Of a stretch of DNA of 64,000 nt, positions 30,944 through 38,514 are shown piece after piece (position 1 is the stretch's first letter; every line of letters begins with the position of its first letter). The position numbers were made by a program, and so were the translations under genes. Source of the stretch: an uncultured Solirubrobacterales bacterium (GTDB lineage: Bacteria; Actinomycetota; Thermoleophilia; Solirubrobacterales; Solirubrobacteraceae); NCBI GenBank assembly GCA_963813175.1, contig CAWEXV010000001.1, forward strand, positions 702,911-766,910, given 5' to 3'. The notes under the pieces are model-generated. The model saw only the letters and a list, made by a program, of their open reading frames with translations. It searched no databases and was not told the DNA's origin.

Positions 30944-31403
30944 CCCACAGATCGCCCGCGGCATCACACCACGGCTCGCCGACGCGCTGCGCTCCCTCGC
31001 CGAGAGCCAACTGCAAACCCAGATATCGCAGTCCGCCGCGCTCGACGCCCGCGCACTCGGCGTAATGGGCGTCAATGCAGCCATCGCCGCAATCATCCTC
31101 AGCGCCCACTCGGCATACCACCTATGGATCGCCGCGCTCGCCCTGCTCGGCGCGTCCCTCGCACTCGCCGTGCGCGCACTGCTGCTCACAGGCGCAGAGC
31201 GACTGGGACCACTCGTCGGGCGCGTCCTCGTCGACCGCCAGGCGCATGGCGACCGCAGGCTCGAACAGTGGCTACTCGAAGACCTCGCCGCGGACATGCT
31301 CATCAACCGCAACGCCCTCGCCCGCAAGGCCCCCTGGATCACTGGAGCCTTCGCCCTCATGGCGCTCGCCATCCTCGTAGAGCTGGCAGGCCGGATACAC
31401 TGA
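30930..31403 (+). CDS. Hypothetical membrane protein
   Basis: SAALDARALG followed by hydrophobic helices. Confidence 0.6.
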   Translation: MPRADPQIARGITPRLADALRSLAESQLQTQISQSAALDARALGVMGVNAAIAAIILSAHSAYHLWIAALALLGASLALAVRALLLTGAERLGPLVGRVLVDRQAHGDRRLEQWLLEDLAADMLINRNALARKAPWITGAFALMALAILVELAGRIH

Positions 31404-31409
31404 ACCCCA

Positions 31410-31598
31410 ATGCGCTCGACCACCTACCAGGCAGCCAGCCCCGCATCGCACCAGCCCACGGACGCGCAGGCCGACACCGACAAGCGCGACGAGTACGCAA
31501 CCCACTTCGAGCAGCTGACCGTGCCCACCGGCACCGCGCTGCTCCCCGCGTGGATGCGCGGACTGTTCGCGCGCAAGGCGACGAGCAGCACCCGCTAG
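31410..31598 (+). CDS. Small hypothetical protein
   Basis: 62-aa ORF following the membrane gene; no motif recognised. Confidence 0.3.
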   Translation: MRSTTYQAASPASHQPTDAQADTDKRDEYATHFEQLTVPTGTALLPAWMRGLFARKATSSTR

Positions 31599-31618
31599 AA
31601 CGCTGGGAGGTAGGCCGA

Positions 31619-32500
31619 TCACTCCAGGCGCGTTTCGCTCGGACGCGCCTTGAACGCGGCTCCGAGCTGGGTCAAGGCATACTGGACCGCGGAGAACATG
31701 GCCATGACGACGAGCGGCCCGTACTGCTCCCTTCCGCTGCTGAACAGTACTTGCAGAGACGGCTCGCCCTGCACTTGCACCCTCGTCTGAGGAGATCCGT
31801 GGATGGCGATGTAGGCGATTGGTGAGCCGCTTTCTATCGACATCCCAGGCTGCGTGAGGTCTTGGATAGACACGACGCTCCCGGTCTCAGGTTCATAGCT
31901 GACGCCGCTGAAGCTCAGGTCGGCGAACGTGCCAGTTGCTATTCGATGCTTGTCCGCGTTGGAGACGGTGCTGAGGAACCGGAGGGGTTCAATGTGGCTG
32001 CGGTTCGGTCGATCGTAGGGCTGAAGACTCTCGATGACCGCAAGCGCGCGATCGCTGATGAATCCCAGCAGGCGATGTTTCCGGAAAGCTGGCTCGTCTC
32101 TGGAGAGAGGGAACGAAATGTGGCCACGGCTTCGGCACGCGGCCTTCCGGTCGTGTTGGACGGCAAGTTGCCATGCGACCACATCCAGAGCCGGACGCAA
32201 GTTGTGGGCGATATCCCCGACGGTGGCTCCGAGCTGGAGATCCGGTTCGCGCACCTCAATGAAGCGCGCGACGTGGCACCCCGGCTCCGTCTCGAACTGA
32301 ACCTCGATGCGGTAGGGCTTCGGGTCGCTCGTGATGAACGCAGCGCAGGCGCTATTGAGCTTCTGAATGTGACTGAGTGCCTGATTGTGCTTGATCCAGG
32401 CATCCCGGCAGGGATCGCTCACATGCACCGCGGAGTGGACCCGCTCGCGTACAGTCGAGCGGAGCGGGCTCCGCGCAATCCGGACGGCCTCCTCGACCAC
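31619..32500 (-). CDS. Hypothetical protein, HEPN-like motifs (start uncertain)
   Basis: GDIAHNLRPALD and LSTVSNADKHR. Confidence 0.55.
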   Translation of the reverse strand: MVEEAVRIARSPLRSTVRERVHSAVHVSDPCRDAWIKHNQALSHIQKLNSACAAFITSDPKPYRIEVQFETEPGCHVARFIEVREPDLQLGATVGDIAHNLRPALDVVAWQLAVQHDRKAACRSRGHISFPLSRDEPAFRKHRLLGFISDRALAVIESLQPYDRPNRSHIEPLRFLSTVSNADKHRIATGTFADLSFSGVSYEPETGSVVSIQDLTQPGMSIESGSPIAYIAIHGSPQTRVQVQGEPSLQVLFSSGREQYGPLVVMAMFSAVQYALTQLGAAFKARPSETRLE

Positions 32501-32706
32501 GACCTCCTCATCACTGGCTCACGGTAGCGCCACAGGACGACGCCTGCTCGGGCCGTCAGCTTAACGCCCGAGCGCCCCATCGACCTGGCCCGAGATGTCG
32601 ATCGATTGGGCACAAATAGGCACAAATCGCACTTTCAGGCCTCTCTGGCCCAACGAAGAAGATCTCACCACCGACCCAAAACCAGCCGATTTGCAGGGCT
32701 TTTCGA

Positions 32707-32731
32707 GGCGGGAGCGACGGGGGTCGAACCC
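32707..32731 (-). other. att-like remnant: 3' end of a tRNA (Asp-like)
   Basis: Reverse complement GGGTTCGACCCCCGTCGCTCCCGCC = part of T stem, T loop, acceptor 3' strand and G discriminator; no D or anticodon arm. Confidence 0.7.
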
Positions 32732-32842
32732 TGTCTGTACACCGCATCGGAATCCGCCTGTGAGCAGAGGCTACCGCAGTAGCGCCGGGGTTAGTCGTGG
32801 ATCGCGTCCGCTGACCAGCGGACAGGGCCGTCAGCCTCACTA

Positions 32843-33378
32843 AGAGGCGAGCCGAGCGCCGCCCCGGCGCCTGCACGAGCCAGAGGCGAGCCGAGCGCCG
32901 CCCCGGCGCCTGCACGAGCCAGAGGCGAGCCGAGCGCCGCCCCGGCGCCTGCACGAGCCAGAGGCGAGCCGAGCGCCGCCCCGGCGCCTGCACGAGCCAG
33001 AGGCGAGCCGAGCGCCGCCCCGGCGCCTGCACGAGCCAGAGGCGAGCCGAGCGCCGCCCCGGCGCCTGCACGAGCCAGAGGCGAGCCGAGCGCCGCCCCG
33101 GCGCCTGCACGAGCCAGAGGCGAGCCGAGCGCCGCCCCGGCGCCTGCACGAGCCAGAGGCGAGCCGAGCGCCGCCCCGGCGCCTGCACGAGCCAGAGGCG
33201 AGCCGAGCGCCGCCCCGGCGCCTGCACGAGCCAGAGGCGAGCCGAGCGCCGCCCCGGCGCCTGCACGAGCCAGAGGCGAGCCGAGCGCCGCCCCGGCGCC
33301 TGCACGAGCCAGAGGCGAGCCGAGCGCCGCCCCGGCGCCTGCACGAGCCAGAGGCGAGCCGAGCGCCGCCCCGGCGCC
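32843..33378. repeat. Perfect tandem array, 39-bp unit, 13 full copies plus 29 bp
   Basis: Unit agaggcgagccgagcgccgccccggcgcctgcacgagcc at 32843+39n; no spacers. Confidence 0.97.
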
Positions 33379-33473
33379 GGGGCGTGTTCCGCTTCTTCAC
33401 GGATGGCGGCACGCTCTGACCTTGCTCCACCCGAGGGGAGCCTCCGGTCGGCTGCGTAATCCATGCGCCCCTA

Positions 33474-33516
33474 AGCAGATCCGCCTAGGCAATGCAGCTC
33501 TGGCATATCCGCCTAG
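33474..33516 (+). promoter_or_regulatory. 43-bp motif upstream of XRE gene (copy 1)
   Basis: 35/43 identical to 33895-33937; two GCA(G/T)AT(C/G)(C/A)GCCTAG-type units 28 bp apart. Confidence 0.65.
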
Positions 33517-33535
33517 GTTGCGCGAGCGTTCGGGT

Positions 33536-33769
33536 ATGCTGAGGAACCCTGACGTGGCGCTGGCGGACACCCTGAAGGTGCTTCGTGAGCTGCGGGGACT
33601 GAGCCAAGAAGACCTGGCCGGGGAGGTCGGTATCGCGACCTCCTCTCTCTCGCGCATCGAGCGGGCGTTGATGAATCCTGCCTGGTCGCTGGTGCGCCAG
33701 CTAGCCACTGTCCTCGGCGTGTCGATCGCAGAGTTGGCCGTGGCCGTGGAAGATAGGGATTCTGGCTAG
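33536..33769 (+). CDS. XRE-family HTH regulator
   Basis: LKVLRELRGLSQEDLA...LSRIERALMNPAW...LATVLGV. Confidence 0.88.
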   Translation: MLRNPDVALADTLKVLRELRGLSQEDLAGEVGIATSSLSRIERALMNPAWSLVRQLATVLGVSIAELAVAVEDRDSG

Positions 33770-33894
33770 CAGGACGCCCAGGCGAGTCAGCAGTTCGGCT
33801 GCCGCCTGAGCGTCCGCCGCTAGCACCCAGGGTAGTTGAAATGCCAGCTCGCCCCAATCGCCTGTGGGGACTCGTGGAGCGCGAACCGCAGCCT

Positions 33895-33937
33895 AGCAGA
33901 TCAGCCTAGGCGAGTTCGCTCTGGCAGATGCGCCTAG
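33895..33937 (+). promoter_or_regulatory. 43-bp motif upstream of XRE gene (copy 2)
   Basis: 35/43 identical to 33474-33516; ends 20 nt before the GTG. Confidence 0.65.
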
Positions 33938-33957
33938 CATCGGGGAGTGTTTCCGAT

Positions 33958-34194
33958 GTGTCCAAACCCGACGACGCGCTCGGCCTAGCAGTCCGGCGAC
34001 TGCGGCAGGAACGCGGTCTCTCCCAGGAAGAGGTCGCCTTCGCTGGCGGAACCAGCACGAGCACGGTCAGCCGCGTCGAACGTGGCCAGCTTCAGCCATC
34101 ATCCACGGTCATCGGCCGCATCGCCAAAGGACTGGGCGTCTCCCTGGTGGAACTGGCAGAGGCAACCGAAGCGGCGGCAAACGAGCGCGAGTAA
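33958..34194 (+). CDS. XRE-family HTH regulator
   Basis: LGLAVRRLRQERGLSQEEVA...VSRVERG...IAKGLGV. Confidence 0.88.
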   Translation: MSKPDDALGLAVRRLRQERGLSQEEVAFAGGTSTSTVSRVERGQLQPSSTVIGRIAKGLGVSLVELAEATEAAANERE

Positions 34195-34624
34195 TCACTG
34201 CGAGCTTGGCGACAGCGCACGAACTTCGGCTCGGGGCGGAGCGGCCCTTGGTGCCGCCCCCCGCAGGGCAGTGCGGGCGCTCCCGGATGCGGAGTCGGGC
34301 GCCCGGCTCGCAGTTCGAGGGGCGCGTCGCCTAGAGTCGAGCGCTCGCGCAGGGCACAGCGAAGGCTCTTGGTTGACGGGCGCTCCCCGTGCGGACGCCC
34401 TGAGTGGCCACAGACGGCCTTGGCCGCGCCCACTAAGCTGCCAACCCCTTGAGCTGCCAACCCCTTGGCTCTCGTGTCTAGGCTCGGGAGTATAGTGCCG
34501 GCCTCCCATGTGCTACCGAGAGCAATGGGACTTGCCGGCTAATCGCAATACGCCGTGTCTGTTGCCGTCGCTCGATCCGAGGAACGGTAATAAGCAACAA
34601 CAGCGAGGTACGGGGGACACGTAC

Positions 34625-36349
34625 ATGGACTCACTCAGACGACTAGCGAATCGTGCGGCTGGCGCTGTACCCCCCTGGATATTTGCCCTAGCCTTATACC
34701 TGCTAATGGGCATCGTCACGATTGGTCGTCACGCGCTCGGCCATCCTGGCAGCGTATGCGCTTGTGTAGGCAGCTCGGACCCAGCCGCTTATATGTGGGC
34801 CTTGTCGTGGTGGCCGCACGCGATCATCCACGGACTTAATCCATTTGTGACCCACTACCAGTGGTCACCAACCGGCGTCAATGTGGCTCAAGGTGCCATG
34901 ATCCCTACGGCTGCGATTATGCTGGCACCTGTCACAGCACTGGCCGGTCCTGTGGTTTCCTACAACTTTTTGAGTCTAGCTAGTGTCGTGCTAAGCGCGC
35001 TCACTGCATACCTTCTTTGTCGCCGCCTGGTTCTGCGAGAGCTGCCCGCAGTTATAGGCGGCTTTCTGTACGGCTTTAGCGCGTATAACTTCGCCCAGCT
35101 GACCGGACACCTAAACCTTACCCTCATCTTTTTGCTTCCGGTAATGGTTCACCTGGCACTGAAGCGCTGGGATAACGAGTTGTCGACACGCAAGTATGTC
35201 GTGCTTATGGCGACAGTGCTCATCCTACAGGCCGGCCTCTCGACTGAAATTCTTGCTGAGGCTGTCGGATTCGGGGCGGTGCTCTTGATATCAGCACGGT
35301 TTTTGGTGCATAAATGGCAACGTTCGGAAGTGGACAGACTGAGCCTAGAGACGATCGCAGCAGGGACCCTGGCATTGGTAGTCGGGGCGCCCTTCTTCTA
35401 TTACGCCTTGATAAGCGGGGGCGGCCCGCAGAGTGTAGGCGAATTCTGGAATGTCTACGCGATGGATTTGCTTAACCCATTCTTCCCAACCGAAATCACA
35501 TGGCTTGGTCACCAGGCGTTTCATGCGCTTAGCGCGAAGTATACGGGTGGAGGGGTAACAGGCCAAGATGGATATTTGAGTATTCTGTTAGTGGCCGTAT
35601 TTGTGGCGTGGGGCGTTAGCGCTCAGCGGAAGCGTTTGCTTACCAAGTTGGTGCTGATAGTGGCAGTATTGAGCTTCGTATTGGCGCTTGGCGCTCATCT
35701 TCACATTGATGGGCACGAAACCGCCGAACTGCCAGCTAACTGGTTCAAGAATCTGCCGCTTGTTAGTAGCATAATTCCGGAGCGCATATCAGTGTTTACT
35801 AGCCTTGCAGTAGCAATCGGTATTGCTGCATGGGCGGCACAGCCAGCAGGCCGCCTGGTGATTCGGGCGGGGCGCTGGCTCGTCGTAGCGCTTGCTGTCG
35901 TTATGCTTTGGCCAAATATCCCGAGTTCTCTTTACGGTGTGCCGCCCGCGAATCCACGTTTCTTTGCGACGGATCTGTACAAGCGCTATCTATCTCCTGG
36001 CGAGACGGTATTGATCCTACCATTCAGCTACAACGACGTATCAACACTTTGGCAGGCGGAGACTAATTTTTACTTCTACATGCCGGAGGGATATGTGGGG
36101 CAGTTCGCCCCTCAGCCTTTCGCGACTGAAACCGTTACCGATCAGCTCATCGCAAATACACCGCCATCGTGGACGGCACTTGATGGATTTATTAGACAAC
36201 ATTATGTCAGCCGCATCGTTGTTGATGCTGCGGCGCAAGGCGCATGGCCAACGGCCTTGTCAAGTATGGGCCTGCACGGCGAACGAGTGGGAGGCGTGCT
36301 CCTCTATGTCGTTCCTGGCACACGTCCTACAACTGGCAGTGCGATGTAG
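34625..36349 (+). CDS. GT-C-like multi-pass membrane glycosyltransferase
   Basis: SDPAAYMWALSWWP, LNPF, GHLNL, PERIS; many TM helices. Confidence 0.65.
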   Translation: MDSLRRLANRAAGAVPPWIFALALYLLMGIVTIGRHALGHPGSVCACVGSSDPAAYMWALSWWPHAIIHGLNPFVTHYQWSPTGVNVAQGAMIPTAAIMLAPVTALAGPVVSYNFLSLASVVLSALTAYLLCRRLVLRELPAVIGGFLYGFSAYNFAQLTGHLNLTLIFLLPVMVHLALKRWDNELSTRKYVVLMATVLILQAGLSTEILAEAVGFGAVLLISARFLVHKWQRSEVDRLSLETIAAGTLALVVGAPFFYYALISGGGPQSVGEFWNVYAMDLLNPFFPTEITWLGHQAFHALSAKYTGGGVTGQDGYLSILLVAVFVAWGVSAQRKRLLTKLVLIVAVLSFVLALGAHLHIDGHETAELPANWFKNLPLVSSIIPERISVFTSLAVAIGIAAWAAQPAGRLVIRAGRWLVVALAVVMLWPNIPSSLYGVPPANPRFFATDLYKRYLSPGETVLILPFSYNDVSTLWQAETNFYFYMPEGYVGQFAPQPFATETVTDQLIANTPPSWTALDGFIRQHYVSRIVVDAAAQGAWPTALSSMGLHGERVGGVLLYVVPGTRPTTGSAM

Positions 36350-36352
36350 ATA

Positions 36353-37630
36353 TCAGGGCATAAGCGAGAGATTAGCCGCCATCGTAACGGTCGATAGGAG
36401 CGCAAACGAGAAGGCACCACCGAAGCTCCAAGCAAGCACTGCGGACTTGTTTCGCGTACGCAGCCGACCACCGAGCAAGAGCCACAAGGACAGCAGGCAG
36501 AGCGCGAGGCCAAAGTACTCATAGACAACAGGAATATAGCCCTGCCCCCACGGGATGCCCGTCTGCCAACGCTTCGTGACGGCGACCAGAGCCGCCGGTG
36601 CAACCCACATCCATATTCCGAGTAAACCGCACAGCGCAGCAGCGCGCCCATTTGGTAACGACAGATTCTCCGCAAGGCGGCGGAAGCCAAGAAAGACAGG
36701 GACGCCTATCAACAATGCGGACATAAGGATCAACGTCCCTGCGATAGGCGGCAATCCCACTGTGTGTCCGATCCACCATTGCGACAGCGGGAGCGCTGCG
36801 ATCATCTGCTTGGCGAACGTCGATAGCACTGCGCCGGGGGCAAAGCTGAGTGTGTACTCCGGTACTGGGTGCGGATTCGTAAAAAGCCTCAGCGAGATAG
36901 CCGTCAAGAACGTCAGCATCGCCGGCACGGCAATCGCTATCGCCGGGGAGCGCCAATCTCTTCTCGACAGAATGACAATGATGATCATGACCGGAGCGAA
37001 TAGGAAGACGGTCTCGTAAGTAAGGAGTGCCGCTAGGTAGAGTGCGCCGGCCAATACCGTCCACCAGCGCCCAGGCTTCACGAGCAGGACGAGGAGCGCC
37101 CCGAAAGTCAAGGCGAGGGTGAGTGTCATCACACCAGCGAATGAGGTTATGCCGTCCGCCCACAAGCGCACCTGCAACGTGCCCGACGCGATCAGCACGA
37201 AGGCCGCAGCCGGCACCCAGCTCCTTGCAATGACGGCAACACAAAAGCCAGCGACCGAGAGAGCCAGTGCAAGCAGCAGCCCGACAATGAGCTTGTATGA
37301 GCTTCGATTGTCGAACACGTCGAACAGTGAATATGTCCATGCGAGCAGACCGGGATCAAAGCGCGCGTCGATCTTCACGAACGCCGAAATCTGAGCCCAT
37401 ATAAACCCATCGAGAGACATATGGCTCGCCTTCAGCATACTTCGCAGACTCTTGTCCACGAGGTCGTCGTTCCAGTACGGAGACTCAAGGATCAGTGCGA
37501 CATACAGACCGATGACCCAAGTGACGATGGCAACTATGATCGGATCAACTAGACGAGTAGGCGAGAGCTTCGAGTTAAAAGAAGGTACCTCGTCGGCGTC
37601 GGCGTGAAGAAGAATGGATGTGGAAGCCAC
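36353..37630 (-). CDS. Multi-pass membrane protein (GT-C-like)
   Basis: YWNDD acidic motif after the first TM helix, LLTYE; many TM helices. Confidence 0.55.
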   Translation of the reverse strand: MASTSILLHADADEVPSFNSKLSPTRLVDPIIVAIVTWVIGLYVALILESPYWNDDLVDKSLRSMLKASHMSLDGFIWAQISAFVKIDARFDPGLLAWTYSLFDVFDNRSSYKLIVGLLLALALSVAGFCVAVIARSWVPAAAFVLIASGTLQVRLWADGITSFAGVMTLTLALTFGALLVLLVKPGRWWTVLAGALYLAALLTYETVFLFAPVMIIIVILSRRDWRSPAIAIAVPAMLTFLTAISLRLFTNPHPVPEYTLSFAPGAVLSTFAKQMIAALPLSQWWIGHTVGLPPIAGTLILMSALLIGVPVFLGFRRLAENLSLPNGRAAALCGLLGIWMWVAPAALVAVTKRWQTGIPWGQGYIPVVYEYFGLALCLLSLWLLLGGRLRTRNKSAVLAWSFGGAFSFALLSTVTMAANLSLMP

Positions 37631-37645
37631 TGATCGCTCGTTCGC

Positions 37646-38062
37646 TTAGATACGGCGCCCCTTGGGCGCCGTATCTCTCCGAGCCTCAAGCTGCAGGTAC
37701 AGTCGAAGATAGTCGCAAAACGAGTCCCCCGCCGCTCCCATCGCGTCTCGGTCTGGTCCCGAACTTCCAAGCGAGTCCTGATCCGATAGATGATCTGCGA
37801 GCGCAGCCGACACGCCTCTCACGGCAGCGGCGGCCAGCAGCGGGATCTGCTCTTTGGGGTAGCCGTCGGCCGACAGCGCAGTGCCTGGGAACGTAGCCGT
37901 GTACATAAGCACGTCGGCGATCAGTCTGCCTGCTGCGGAGATGTGTTCTGCGTTGAAGTGCTGGTTGTCGAGTGACTCCCACCGGGCGTAATCTTCAACG
38001 AGCACGCGACCGCGCTCGGCAGCGCGCTCGCTGCCGTGGCTCGGATCATCGGCACTAATCAT
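37646..38062 (-). CDS. Hypothetical protein
   Basis: 138-aa ORF with ggagg RBS; no motif recognised. Confidence 0.45.
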   Translation of the reverse strand: MISADDPSHGSERAAERGRVLVEDYARWESLDNQHFNAEHISAAGRLIADVLMYTATFPGTALSADGYPKEQIPLLAAAAVRGVSAALADHLSDQDSLGSSGPDRDAMGAAGDSFCDYLRLYLQLEARRDTAPKGRRI

Positions 38063-38514
38063 GGGGCCTCCTTTCGACTCGTGGCCGAAGAGTACATTGT
38101 GACGGCTTTGGGCGCGCTGCGTGGCGCGTGCCGCACAACACTGGTCCCGCTACAACCCCGCTGGGTCGTGCGCGCCGAGCTTGGCGCGGAATCGAGCTTG
38201 GCGCGGAACTTTGGATAGCAACTCAGGCTGGCTCTGCCGCCGCCAGGGACAACCCCGGAAGGGACGGCGAGCTGGGCCGAGACGGCCTTGACGCCCGCGA
38301 CGCCTGCCTCACTGCTCGCGGGCTTCAAACCCGACGACGCAAGTCGCGCGAGAGCCGGGGGGAATCGACTATCCGGTTCATCCTGACTCTATAGCATGAC
38401 GGCAGCGGGGCCATCACCAACGGCGGTCCCTTGCGGCCCCGCCGCCCTGCTCTCGCTATGTCCTCCACCGCAGGCGTAGTGGAGGACATAGCGGCTGACA
38501 CTCTGCTCTTTTGT

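Larger units (their letters stand above)
11745..32731. mobile_element. Decayed integrative element / genomic island 1 (left boundary approximate)
   Basis: Tyrosine integrase, excisionase-like HTH, relaxase pseudogene, coupling protein, two IS elements, att-like tRNA remnant at the right end; no left att copy found. Confidence 0.55.

Noticed and set aside
32707-32790. A functional tRNA gene
   Set aside because: Only the T loop and acceptor 3' strand are present; upstream sequence does not form anticodon or D arms
32843-33378. 39-bp repeats as a CRISPR array
   Set aside because: Units are directly adjacent with no spacers, and there are no cas genes in the window
32556-33464. ORFs 32556-33464 and 32840-33430 as proteins
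   Set aside because: They are open only because the 39-bp unit is a multiple of three and lacks stops in those frames; no RBS or domain
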